A DNA stretch of 64,000 nt from Ignavibacteriales bacterium. Its GTDB lineage: Bacteria > Bacteroidota > Ignavibacteria > UBA10030. Where the stretch lies: contig JAPLFP010000365.1 of the NCBI GenBank assembly GCA_026390585.1, positions 6,768 to 70,767 on the forward strand. Direction: 5' to 3'. Each line of letters starts with the position of its first letter. Positions within the stretch are counted from its first letter, which is position 1. Shown here piece after piece: positions 28,807 through 38,859 of this stretch. The translations under genes were made by a program, and so were the position numbers. The notes under the pieces are model-generated. The model searched no databases. It was not told the DNA's origin and worked only from the letters and a program-made list of their open reading frames with translations.

Positions 28807-30729
28807 CCAATACAGAAGAAATCACATACACTCCTCTTCGATCAGAGCGACCTCGCGCGCATACAAGCGACACAAAGGCTTCCGCGTTTTGCCTCGTACT
28901 GGAAAACGATGACTGAGGCAGATCTAGCAGCTGACACAAAGTTCCTCCGCACCGAGCTGAGACTGAACAATCACGTTGCTGATTTGCTCAGGGCACGGCA
29001 GATCCTTGAGAGGTCTTCATTTGTCCATGCGATCAGTGGCGACAAGAATCATCTTGAAATCTCAAAGCTTGCCATTGACCGCATCCTGGAATACAAGAAG
29101 TGGGATTACTTTTTGGAAGGGGGAGAATATACGTTTGGTCTTCAACGCGCTCCGGAGACGACCATTGCCATGTGCTTTGCGCTGGAGTGGCTTGGCGATG
29201 CGTTGAGCGACGGTACGAAAAAGGAGATCGAGAAGCAGATCGGAGAAAAGGGAGCACCGGCGTGTTATCGCTCACTGTACGGAATGAAATATCCGGACCG
29301 CGTTCGAGGATGGGGATTTGACCCAGAGAGCGACTATGCGTTTAAGGTCGTCGATATGAGCCGTTGGCCGTTGATCCTGAACTCGACAAATCTCAAGGTC
29401 ATACCCATCGCCGGACTTGGCGTTGCCGCTTGTCTGCTGTACAACAAGCATCCGCAAGCGGAACAATGGCTCAACCTTGCGCGACAGAGCGCCCGAGCCT
29501 TTGCGCCGATGTTCGGTTCTGACGGCTGCTATGACGAAGGGGTCAGCTATTGGGGATACACAGCGCTCTATTATACGCTGTTCCTGGAGGTGATGTATCG
29601 CACCCTGGGAATTGATGAGCGAAACCTCATCAACTACCCTGGGACCGTGCGCTATGGACTTCAAATGTCGATGCCAACCGAAGGCAAGCCGGATGACTGT
29701 GTAAATTTCGGTGATGCGAGCACAGTGGGCGATGTCTCGGTCGCCGCTTGGGTGGCTCGACGGCACCGCGATCCAATAGCTCAATATGTTGCGACGTCAA
29801 TCAGTGAAGTAAAGACCCATTACGGAATGGTGTGGTACGATCCGACGGTGGAGGCGAAGAAACCTGGCCCAGAGTTGTACGATGTGCGTTTCGACAACGA
29901 TGTAGTTGTGTCTAGAACGGGATGGGACGAAAAGGACTCGGTGGTTGGTCTGCGCAGTGGGGGGCCAGCCAACCACGAGCATGCAGATCGGAACAGCATA
30001 GTTTTCAAGGCGTATGGTGAGCGATTGCTTCACGATCCTTTGCACGCCGCCTATCTGTATACGCTTCCGCACTGGATATTGCGACTGACGGCGGCACACA
30101 CATCTGTCCTGATTAATGGCAAAGGTCATCAATATCATGATGGTCATGAAGGGACCAACGCTTCGTGGGCGGAGGCAAAAGTTGTTCGTTATCAGCCGTC
30201 GGAGAAACAGCTCCTTGTCACGAGCGACGCAACGGAAGCATATCGATTGGTGAATCCTGACGTCAAGTCGGTGAGGCGCACATTGGTTTTCCTGAAACCT
30301 GACATCCTACTTGTTTTCGATAGGGTGACGCTGAAGTCAGTGAAGTCAAAAGTCCAGCTCCGCTTTCAGGTCTACAACGGCGACGGAAAGGGAGGGTCGG
30401 ATTTGAAAAAGGATGGATTTCTGATCAAGCGCCCATTGGCTTCTCTCCATGGAACGATTGTGACTCCAGCACCGGTTGAGGTCAAATCAGGTGAACATGC
30501 TGTACCGAAGGATATCGGTGTCTATCCGTTCGTTGAAGTGGAAGCAGGCGAGTCTCTTGATCACCATATCCTGAGCGTGTTTACAGCACAGCAAGCTGGC
30601 AAGGAGCATGGAAAAGTGACCTCGACATCCAAAGGTTCTCTGTGGACTGCGAGAATTGAGCACAACGGCCAGTCAAAGAACGTGAGCATCAACGTTGACG
30701 AAGATGTTCCGACGATCAGCATCACATAG
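28705..30729 (+). CDS. Tat-exported heparinase II/III-like polysaccharide lyase
   Basis: Tat motif SRRKFL. DG.Y.EGVSYWGY, VNFGD, HEHADRNS..F.AYGE.L..D, AHTSVLING. Confidence 0.8.
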   Translation: MRPSRRKFLNTAALTMAGVALAPRKTFAAYVPDDPIQKKSHTLLFDQSDLARIQATQRLPRFASYWKTMTEADLAADTKFLRTELRLNNHVADLLRARQILERSSFVHAISGDKNHLEISKLAIDRILEYKKWDYFLEGGEYTFGLQRAPETTIAMCFALEWLGDALSDGTKKEIEKQIGEKGAPACYRSLYGMKYPDRVRGWGFDPESDYAFKVVDMSRWPLILNSTNLKVIPIAGLGVAACLLYNKHPQAEQWLNLARQSARAFAPMFGSDGCYDEGVSYWGYTALYYTLFLEVMYRTLGIDERNLINYPGTVRYGLQMSMPTEGKPDDCVNFGDASTVGDVSVAAWVARRHRDPIAQYVATSISEVKTHYGMVWYDPTVEAKKPGPELYDVRFDNDVVVSRTGWDEKDSVVGLRSGGPANHEHADRNSIVFKAYGERLLHDPLHAAYLYTLPHWILRLTAAHTSVLINGKGHQYHDGHEGTNASWAEAKVVRYQPSEKQLLVTSDATEAYRLVNPDVKSVRRTLVFLKPDILLVFDRVTLKSVKSKVQLRFQVYNGDGKGGSDLKKDGFLIKRPLASLHGTIVTPAPVEVKSGEHAVPKDIGVYPFVEVEAGESLDHHILSVFTAQQAGKEHGKVTSTSKGSLWTARIEHNGQSKNVSINVDEDVPTISIT

Positions 30730-30749
30730 TTGAAAAGAGAAGTGATATT

Positions 30750-31997
30750 ATGAGAACTTCTGACAGACATTTTCAGGAAGCCCTGAAGCTGATTCCATGG
30801 GGGACGCAAACGAACGCCAAGCGTCCGTTTCCTCAGTTTGAAGGCATTATGCCGAAATTCATCGAACGCGGAAAGGGATGTCGCATCTGGGACATGGAGG
30901 GAAAAGAGTATATCGATTTCCGGTTGGCGCTCGGGCCCATCACACTAGGGTATTGTTATGATGAGGTGGATGACGCTGTCCGCGCGCAGATGAAGAAGGG
31001 CGTGCTCTTTAGTATGGCGAGTCCGTTGGAGCTCGAGTTGGCGCAATTGCTGCATGAGATTGTCCCAAATGCAGAAATGGTCCGGTTCATGAAAACCGGG
31101 GAAGACGCCAATCTCTGTAATGTACGCTTGGCAAGGGCATACACGCAGCGTGATATGGTTCTCACGAGTGGTTACCATGGCTATCCGGATTGGTTTGCTG
31201 TCGACGACAGTCCAAAGAACGGCGTGCCGGCGATTTTGAAAGACTATGTCAAAATCATCCCGTGGGGAGATTGTGAGGCCGCAGAAAAACTCATTCGCCA
31301 GTACAATGAACGCATCGCGTGCGTTGTATCGATCCCGTACGACATGAATGAAGATGTCAATGGAACGTACATCAAGTACCTGCGGAAGTTAACAAAGGAG
31401 TACGGAATCCTTCTTGTGCTTGATGAGGTGTGGACCGGATTCCGCCTGGCGCTTGGTGGAGCACAGGAGTTATTCAGTGTCGACGCCGATCTGGCAAGCT
31501 ACGCAAAGGCAATGGCGAATGGATATCCGATTTCAACATATTTGGGAAAACAACAGTATTTGGAAACACTCAACACGTTTCGGATGACAACAACCTATGC
31601 CGGTGAGACTCTTTCGATTGCGGCAGCAATTGCGACGTTGAAAATCATGAAGCGTGAAAAAGTCCACGACCACCTCTACACTATGGGCCGCAGGTTGATG
31701 GAAGGATTCAATCGGATTGCATCCGAGTGCGGCGTTGATGCGTATGCAGCCGGTTTGCCGCCGTCGTCATACCTCAAATTCAACACTCGGGACAAAGCAT
31801 ACAACGAGCGACTGGAGTATCTCTGGTTTAGAGAACTTTTCCGGGAAGGAATCTTCGTTGTTCTTCGCTGGTTCATCTGTTATTCCCACAAGGCAGCGGA
31901 TATTGATGAAACATTGGAGAAAGCAAAAACTGCTTTGAAAAGAGCTCTGGAGGTGGAGCCAAAAGAGCGATCGAGCATCAAACCATTCTACTGGTGA
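30750..31997 (+). CDS. Class III aminotransferase (GSA-aminomutase-like, not HemL proper)
   Basis: IWDMEGKEYID, VRF.KTG.DA, GYHG, DEV.TGFR, AKAMANG.P. Confidence 0.85.
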   Translation: MRTSDRHFQEALKLIPWGTQTNAKRPFPQFEGIMPKFIERGKGCRIWDMEGKEYIDFRLALGPITLGYCYDEVDDAVRAQMKKGVLFSMASPLELELAQLLHEIVPNAEMVRFMKTGEDANLCNVRLARAYTQRDMVLTSGYHGYPDWFAVDDSPKNGVPAILKDYVKIIPWGDCEAAEKLIRQYNERIACVVSIPYDMNEDVNGTYIKYLRKLTKEYGILLVLDEVWTGFRLALGGAQELFSVDADLASYAKAMANGYPISTYLGKQQYLETLNTFRMTTTYAGETLSIAAAIATLKIMKREKVHDHLYTMGRRLMEGFNRIASECGVDAYAAGLPPSSYLKFNTRDKAYNERLEYLWFRELFREGIFVVLRWFICYSHKAADIDETLEKAKTALKRALEVEPKERSSIKPFYW

Positions 31998-32031
31998 TAT
32001 GCGCACACCCACCCCTAAGGAAAGTAACGCT

Positions 32032-33654
32032 ATGAACAATCGCCTTTACATTGATTCTTACGCGATGATTGGACGGCGCGGCGCAAAGGACATCGAAACG
32101 CGCTACGAGACAGAAGATTTGCTTGAGGAAATGGAGTGGTGTGGCATCCATGGGGCGTTTGTTGCGCACTCGACAGCCAAAGAGTACGATCCGGCGTTTG
32201 GAAACAAACTTCTCCTACGAGAGTTGAAGAAAAGCCCGCGCCTGTACGGTGTCTGGACTGTCATGCCGCATCACACGGGAGAAATGGCAGAGCCGAAAGA
32301 GGTGGTGAAGGAGATGCGCGACCACGGCATACGCGTCGCAAAAATGCATCCGCGCATTCACCGATACCCGTTTACCATGGATTTTTGTGGCGCCCTCCTA
32401 AAGGAGTTGGAGCGAAACGAAATTCTCCTCATGGTTGAAGGCGGACACTTCTACAATCTTGATGTCTTCGAGCCAAGTAATCAAGTTCTACTCTCAGAAC
32501 TTGACACTATTCTCTCGAACTTTCCAAATCTGAAAGTCCTTCTGCAGGGATCGCGCTGGGAATCCACCCGATATACACAGCCGTTGATGAGAAAGCACAA
32601 GAATCTCCATCTCGAGTTGTCGAGCCACCAGGGGAACCGGGCCATGGAGGTTTTTGCTGAATGGTACGGCGCGGACCGCATCCTCTTTGGCACGGGAGCG
32701 TTGGATAAATCACCGGGGGCGGCGAAAGCATTTGTCGATTACTGCACGCTCAACGATGTGGACAAGCAATTAATTGCGGCCGGGAATGTTTCGCGGCTTG
32801 CGAAGCTCGAAACACCGCCGTTTCCTTACAGGGGGCAGAAAAATACCGATTGGATCGTCGAGCGTGCAAAGGAGGGGAAGCCGCTGAAAGAGATCCTCGT
32901 GATCGATTCGCATGCTCACATTGCGCACGACGGTGCTGCCGGTGTTGGATTTATCCATATGCCCTACGGGGACGCAAAAAGCATGGTTGAGCGCGCGAAA
33001 TTGATGGGCATCCGACAAATGTGCGTCAGCAGTTTTCTGGCGATCTGGGCGGATTACGAAGAAGGGAACGAAATTGTCCGGGAAGCCATGAAACGCTACC
33101 CGCAATTCTATCACGGCTACGCGTCCTTTCAGCCGCAGTACGTGAAGAACTGGAAAAAAGATCTGCAGAAAGTGCACGGCAAATGGAAAATGGGGGGATT
33201 GAAACCGTATCATCCTCGCACGAACATTCCTTATAACGACAAACTTTGGGATCCGTGGTACGAATATGGCAATCGTATCAACGCCTATGCGCTCATTCAT
33301 CCCTCACCCAATGTTGTTGAAGAAGTTAATGATATCGCTGCCCGGTATCCAAACATCGCTTTCATCATAGCGCACTGCGGCGGCTCATACCCCGATGCTC
33401 GCAAAGGCATCGAAATCGCCAAGAAGAATCCGAACGTTTATCTGGAAATAACGCTCACCGCAGTGACGTACCGCATTATCGAGTTTATGGTACAGCATGT
33501 CGGTGCCGATCGCGTTTTGTTCGGAACGGATCAGCCGATGCGAGACCCCATACCGCAGTTTGGCTGGATGGCGTATTCCCACTGCACGCCGGAGGAAAAA
33601 GCGAAGATGTTCGGAGCTAATATGCAGAAAATCCTGAAGAGGGTGAAACTCTAG
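32032..33654 (+). CDS. Amidohydrolase with two tandem Amidohydro_2 domains
   Basis: Two repeats ending DRILFGT and DRVLFGTD. IDSHAH in the second domain, IDSYAM in the first. AAGGAAAG lies upstream of ATG 32032. Confidence 0.82.
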   Translation: MNNRLYIDSYAMIGRRGAKDIETRYETEDLLEEMEWCGIHGAFVAHSTAKEYDPAFGNKLLLRELKKSPRLYGVWTVMPHHTGEMAEPKEVVKEMRDHGIRVAKMHPRIHRYPFTMDFCGALLKELERNEILLMVEGGHFYNLDVFEPSNQVLLSELDTILSNFPNLKVLLQGSRWESTRYTQPLMRKHKNLHLELSSHQGNRAMEVFAEWYGADRILFGTGALDKSPGAAKAFVDYCTLNDVDKQLIAAGNVSRLAKLETPPFPYRGQKNTDWIVERAKEGKPLKEILVIDSHAHIAHDGAAGVGFIHMPYGDAKSMVERAKLMGIRQMCVSSFLAIWADYEEGNEIVREAMKRYPQFYHGYASFQPQYVKNWKKDLQKVHGKWKMGGLKPYHPRTNIPYNDKLWDPWYEYGNRINAYALIHPSPNVVEEVNDIAARYPNIAFIIAHCGGSYPDARKGIEIAKKNPNVYLEITLTAVTYRIIEFMVQHVGADRVLFGTDQPMRDPIPQFGWMAYSHCTPEEKAKMFGANMQKILKRVKL

Positions 33655-33663
33655 TTTCTTCGA

Positions 33664-36054
33664 ATGAAATCATCTATTCTGCTCATATTGTTCGCGACGT
33701 TCGGTGTGCCAACACTCTCTATGGGCACCGGGCAAGATCCCAATCGGGTTGAAATCCAGAACGAGTCAATCAAGATCGTGATCGAGAAACTGAACGACGC
33801 CTATCGGGAGACGTACTACGCGCTGAAGGACGCTTCCTGGCGCACAATACTCGAAAGTGGCAGCGATCAGAGGCCAGAACCAGCTGTGAGGCAGAATGGG
33901 TCAAGCATTCCTTTCGTGTATCGGAGCGTGGTGATAGAACGGAAAACTGATGGCGTTCAGAGAGTAATACTCAGTGGATCGCACGAGGATGCCACGCTGG
34001 TGAAATCCATCAGTCTTGTCCCGGGCAAACCGTACGCTAGGGTTGATGTGACGTATCGAATCCCGACAAAAGTTCAGCTGCAGGCGCTCTGGTCAACATA
34101 TTCATTTGCCCCTGACAACAGACTCTATCGAGAGTATAAACCAATCGATTTTGTATTCACTCCGCAGCTTCGGCCAGAAAAAGAACAGGTGATCGCCGAT
34201 CACGTGTTTCGCTCGCCGGCGCTGATGTTGCAGAAAGGTCAGGACTTCGCAGCCCTGGTTCCACTTTTGGCGAATGTCGACGGCAAAAACCGAGCGGTCA
34301 GAACAGTTGCAGATTTGCAGGTTGAGACAGCCGACAAGCCGTTTTTCTCCATCGGACTTCAGAATTGGATGCCTGAACCGTACGCGCTTCGCAACACACA
34401 CGTTTTCTACACGGCGCCCGATTCTTTGGCTGCGACTCTGAAAGACACAACAGTGTCGCTCGGGTACCTTCTGTTCTTGCGTGCCGACGCTCCTGCAAAA
34501 GAAGGTTTTCGAGACGTGGTAAGGTATCATTGGGCGACATCGGGCACGGAGTATATGCAACGGACAGTCGGACCGCAAGCTGAACCATTTTCAGGATATA
34601 TACAAAAAGCATGGTATCAATTTCTTCCGCAGGTTGCGCTAGATACGCAGTACGAGAGACACCCGGTGACGCTTCTCCGTCAGGAGCGACTGGCCTGGAG
34701 CAACAAGTTGCACAAAGCTGCAGATAACGACAGCTGGTTCAATGTATGGTTCAATGCTCTTCGGACCGCATACGGAATGTATCTCTACGGAAACAAGATT
34801 GGTGACACAAAACTCATGCGTGAGGCCGAGAATGTTCTGAACCTCGCGCTTCTTGCACCTCAGAAAGAGGGAATCGCCCCCACGATTTTCTATATAGACA
34901 GTGTCAGCGGTCATTGGGTGGCTGACCACGCATGGGGGGGCATCGACGGGGGCAAAGATCTTCCGATGTTCCATAATTCATGGACCTGCTACTGGCTCCT
35001 GCAGTGGATCGACCTTGTGCCGGAACGAAAAGCAGAGATTCTCCGCTTCACGGGGGCGTTCGCGGGCTTTCTTCTTTCGCACCAGCAAGCGAGCGGCGTG
35101 ATTCCCTCATGGTATGATCCGACGACTCTTGCGCCCGTTGAAGTTTTCCGCGATGAGAATGCAGAAACCTCCGGGGCGGCGCTGTTTCTGGCAGAATTCT
35201 ATGCCCGGACAAAAAAAGAAAGATATTTGGCGGCGGCTGAGCAGGCTATGCAATATGTTTTTACATCCATTGTACCACAGCGAAAATGGTACGATTTTGA
35301 AACATATTTCTCGTGCTCCCGCAAGCCGATAGGTTTTTACGATACGTACACCCAGCAAAATCCACAAAACACATTATCCATGCACCAGGCTGCTGAGGCG
35401 TGTTACGAATTGTACAGGCTGACGGGGAACGAACAATACAAGGGTCGTGGGCTTGAGATCATGGACTACCTCTGTTTGTACCAGCAGGTGTGGAGCCCGC
35501 GCTGGTTGTCTTGCGAACTCTTCGGCGGCTTCGGGGTCCAGAACACTGACGCGGAGTGGAGTGATTCAAGGCAAGGATACTTTGCTGTGACATTGATGAA
35601 CTACTACGAGTTGACGGGAGAAAAAGAGTATTTCGAACGAGGTGTGGCTGCACTTCGCGCAATGTTTTCGCTGTTTGAGTCTCCGACATCTCCCCGAACG
35701 GCTGAGAACTATGGTCACTCGGGCATGGACAGGCCAGCAGGCGTAACGGGTCTGCATTGGGGAACCGGCAGCTCCGTCGTGTCCATACACCTCATTACAA
35801 ACAGATATGGAGATGCCTTTGTCGATGCAACGGGAGGTTGGGGCGTTGGGATCGATGGTTGCAGAATTCCTGCAGTGAAAATTTCGGCTACGGCGATCAG
35901 CGTTGATGTTGTAGACAACCTGTCAACCCCCCGAACAATCAATCTGAGATTTGGCAGATTGGCTGGGAGAGAGTATGAAATCACGGTCAACAAGAAATGG
36001 TTGGGTCGATTTCTATCGGCACAGTTGACGAAGGGAATCGAAGTTGCGATATAG
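33664..36054 (+). CDS. Uncharacterised secreted protein with a probable C-terminal (a/a)-barrel
   Basis: Sec signal. Helical repeats YL.AAE.A..Y, YELY.LTG..QY, GGFGVQNTD.EW, YY.LTG..EYFERG. Confidence 0.6.
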   Translation: MKSSILLILFATFGVPTLSMGTGQDPNRVEIQNESIKIVIEKLNDAYRETYYALKDASWRTILESGSDQRPEPAVRQNGSSIPFVYRSVVIERKTDGVQRVILSGSHEDATLVKSISLVPGKPYARVDVTYRIPTKVQLQALWSTYSFAPDNRLYREYKPIDFVFTPQLRPEKEQVIADHVFRSPALMLQKGQDFAALVPLLANVDGKNRAVRTVADLQVETADKPFFSIGLQNWMPEPYALRNTHVFYTAPDSLAATLKDTTVSLGYLLFLRADAPAKEGFRDVVRYHWATSGTEYMQRTVGPQAEPFSGYIQKAWYQFLPQVALDTQYERHPVTLLRQERLAWSNKLHKAADNDSWFNVWFNALRTAYGMYLYGNKIGDTKLMREAENVLNLALLAPQKEGIAPTIFYIDSVSGHWVADHAWGGIDGGKDLPMFHNSWTCYWLLQWIDLVPERKAEILRFTGAFAGFLLSHQQASGVIPSWYDPTTLAPVEVFRDENAETSGAALFLAEFYARTKKERYLAAAEQAMQYVFTSIVPQRKWYDFETYFSCSRKPIGFYDTYTQQNPQNTLSMHQAAEACYELYRLTGNEQYKGRGLEIMDYLCLYQQVWSPRWLSCELFGGFGVQNTDAEWSDSRQGYFAVTLMNYYELTGEKEYFERGVAALRAMFSLFESPTSPRTAENYGHSGMDRPAGVTGLHWGTGSSVVSIHLITNRYGDAFVDATGGWGVGIDGCRIPAVKISATAISVDVVDNLSTPRTINLRFGRLAGREYEITVNKKWLGRFLSAQLTKGIEVAI

Positions 36055-37036
36055 AGCGCTCGTGATGTGTCTACTGGTGGCATCTGCCGGCGTCGAGCTC
36101 TTGCAGGCCCGACAGGATACCATCTACATGTCTGTGCTGAACTCCCACAAGCATCGGCTGGGTGCCTTGGACAACCCAACCGTTGGATTGTTCGTGACTA
36201 CGGACGCTGGAGCAACATGGAACCATAAAGGTTGGCGGGGCTATATCCGGACGTTCTATACGGAAGCGGGCTCAGACGGAACTCTCTGGTCGGCGTGCGG
36301 TAATGGAGTCCTGCGTTCGACAGACAGAGGAAACTCATGGAGAGTCACGACGGGCTGGCAAATCACCGAAGCGTTGAAGATTAAGATCGAGGCGCTGAAG
36401 CCGGCCGTTGCATATGCTGCCACCGCATACGGAGTGTTCAAGACAGAGAATGGCGGGGAGACATGGAAAGAGGAGAACAAAGGATTTCTGAAACCGTTTG
36501 TATCGGACATCGTGATTGACAGGTTACATCCCAACAGACTTTTCGCGGCCAGCGAGGATGGTGTGTATCTGAGCACAAATGGGGGCACGGGCTGGCTCCG
36601 AGTGGGCATCGATGGCAAGGGAGTGCGGACGATCGCCCAGCATCCGGTCATCAAGGATCTGTTCTTTGCCGGTACGGAGGACGAGGGAATCTTCGTCTCT
36701 CGAGACGGAGGAAAGAGCTGGAATGCAACGAACAGCGGTCTTATCCATCTCACCGTTTATTGTATCGCGTGTGATCGATCGAATCCTGATATTCTGTATG
36801 TGGGAACACACGGCGGCGGGGTGTATCGTTCCTCCGACGGAGGAAAAAGCTGGAGTCCGAGGGTAAAGGGCCTGAGCAATCTGGTTGTCCATTCTCTTGT
36901 GGTGCTTCCCTCGAATTCCTCTGTCCTTTTTGCCGGCACCCTGAACGGGGGGCTATTCAAGAGTTCTGATGGCGGTGAACACTGGAGTTTCAACAGTCAG
37001 GAAGAAGCACAAGTGTGGGGCTTATGGGCGAAGTGA
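36044..37036 (+). CDS. Secreted BNR/Asp-box beta-propeller (paralog A)
   Basis: TTG start with AAGGGA RBS, Sec signal, repeated S.D.G.[ST]W boxes. Confidence 0.8.
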   Translation: MRYRALVMCLLVASAGVELLQARQDTIYMSVLNSHKHRLGALDNPTVGLFVTTDAGATWNHKGWRGYIRTFYTEAGSDGTLWSACGNGVLRSTDRGNSWRVTTGWQITEALKIKIEALKPAVAYAATAYGVFKTENGGETWKEENKGFLKPFVSDIVIDRLHPNRLFAASEDGVYLSTNGGTGWLRVGIDGKGVRTIAQHPVIKDLFFAGTEDEGIFVSRDGGKSWNATNSGLIHLTVYCIACDRSNPDILYVGTHGGGVYRSSDGGKSWSPRVKGLSNLVVHSLVVLPSNSSVLFAGTLNGGLFKSSDGGEHWSFNSQEEAQVWGLWAK

Positions 37037-38859
37037 AAACATCGATGGTGGGAAGAGCTTTCTTGTTGCTGATCGTGATGGCGGGCTCAGTCTCTGACCA
37101 TTCGATGGCGCAAACATCTTTAACCACCGAAAGCCGGTTCGAACAACGCCGCCAGCGCCTCATCGATGTCGTCAGTCAGGAACGCGACAGAGGATTCTTC
37201 ACGGTCGCTGCAAAGCTGTCGGCTGGCAGGGATAAAGATTTTGCTCTCGCGATGCTCGATTCCCTGACGACCGATGAAAGTATCGGAGGCATGTTCTACG
37301 CGTACTCGGCGATTGGGACATATCTCAGGTTGTGGAATCAATTGCCGGACTCGCTTGTGCGCAAGCTCCGGCAGGCGTATCGCGAACGTACGATGTACCG
37401 TGGGGACACTGAAAATCATTGGGTGGCGTACTATACGGGCCTCTATCTCGCCGCTCAAACGTGGCCCAACGAGGATCGCTCACAATGGTTCAATGGCAAG
37501 AGTTCCATGGAGAATTTCAAAGAGTCGGAGGAGTGGCTCAATCGCTGGATGAGCACGACGGCAACAATCGGACAGGGAGAGTTTGATTCGCCGACGTACT
37601 TCATTGTGTTCATGACCCCGATGCTTACGCTCTTTGACTTCGCCAAGGATCCTGTCATGAAGAGAAAGGCTCAGATGACGGCGGACCTGTTGTTCGCGGA
37701 CTTTGCGGCGGAACACCTCAATGGGAACTACTGCGGCGGACACAGCAGGGACTATCCGGACGATATCGTCAATCCGCTCTCTGCGCCAGCGGCTTTGTGG
37801 GCTTGGCTGTACTTTGGCGAGCCAAACATGGAACTCTGGCAAGAGAGCCGGTACCGCCCACGATATCGCGGCGGATGGGAAACGGTGTTTGGAGCAATGA
37901 GCTCTTATCGCTTGCCTGATGTTATCCATACCATGGCAACCGACCGCTCGAAGGCATATGTCCACACCGAGACAAAGCGTACCCGAAACGTTATCCGCTT
38001 CGGGCAGGAAAAGAATCCGCCAGTGTACAAGTACACGTATATGACTCACGACTATGCTCTTGGCTCACTTCAAGGAGGCATTCTTCAACCGATACAGCAA
38101 CACACGTGGGATGTGACGTATCGATCCGACAAACCGAACAATACGATTTTTACACTTCATCCGTTCTATTCAGGCAGAGAACTGGCGATGTTCTTTCCCG
38201 AAGAGCAGAAGTTTCTTGCCGATGAGGTGGATCGATATCACCTGGTATACACCGATCCCAACAAATGGAACTCCAGCTCTCCGTACGAGCAAACGTTTCA
38301 GCACAAGAATGCGATTATCGTTCTCTATAGTATAGACAAGAATGCGAATCACCAGCACATCGACGGATTCTTCCCGAAAAACCTCGATGAACGCATCGAA
38401 CACTCGTCAGGTTGGATCTTTTGCCGTGCTGGATCGGTGTATGTTGCATTTTTCCCCTTGCGGCCGTACCAATGGATTGAGGAAAAGGTGGACTGGCGCT
38501 GGCGGAGCACAGCTTTGAAGAACGGAATCGTGCTTGAGGTTGGCTCCTCTGATGAAGACGGTACATTCGAGGCGTTCAGAAACCATGTGATGCAATCGAA
38601 ACCGGCGATGAACAGTTCAGGGAACGACCTCATCGTGAACTATGAAACCCGGAGAGGTGATGTGATGAAGTTTACCTTCGATGGAAAAAGGCGGTTGAAT
38701 GGAAAGGCGATCGACTTCAAAACCTATAAGTTTTTCAATGGACCATTCATTCAGAGTGAACGCGGAAGCGGAATCATCAGAATGACAGATGGGAAAAAAG
38801 TCCGGGAGCTCAACTTCAAGAAAGCGACTATTAAAGAATGGCAGCGATCACAAAACTAG
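37033..38859 (+). CDS. Uncharacterised secreted lyase-like (helical toroid plus beta-sandwich) protein, paralog of 40941-42761
   Basis: GTGA overlap with the previous stop. YRGDTENHW, TIGQGEFDSP.YF, GSLQGGILQPIQQHTW, IDGFFP. Confidence 0.6.
   Translation: MKTSMVGRAFLLLIVMAGSVSDHSMAQTSLTTESRFEQRRQRLIDVVSQERDRGFFTVAAKLSAGRDKDFALAMLDSLTTDESIGGMFYAYSAIGTYLRLWNQLPDSLVRKLRQAYRERTMYRGDTENHWVAYYTGLYLAAQTWPNEDRSQWFNGKSSMENFKESEEWLNRWMSTTATIGQGEFDSPTYFIVFMTPMLTLFDFAKDPVMKRKAQMTADLLFADFAAEHLNGNYCGGHSRDYPDDIVNPLSAPAALWAWLYFGEPNMELWQESRYRPRYRGGWETVFGAMSSYRLPDVIHTMATDRSKAYVHTETKRTRNVIRFGQEKNPPVYKYTYMTHDYALGSLQGGILQPIQQHTWDVTYRSDKPNNTIFTLHPFYSGRELAMFFPEEQKFLADEVDRYHLVYTDPNKWNSSSPYEQTFQHKNAIIVLYSIDKNANHQHIDGFFPKNLDERIEHSSGWIFCRAGSVYVAFFPLRPYQWIEEKVDWRWRSTALKNGIVLEVGSSDEDGTFEAFRNHVMQSKPAMNSSGNDLIVNYETRRGDVMKFTFDGKRRLNGKAIDFKTYKFFNGPFIQSERGSGIIRMTDGKKVRELNFKKATIKEWQRSQN

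Noticed and set aside
30750-31997. hemL call, and hemE calls for 7914 and 58027
   Set aside because: HemL and HemE signature N-terminal motifs are missing and no tetrapyrrole genes are nearby.
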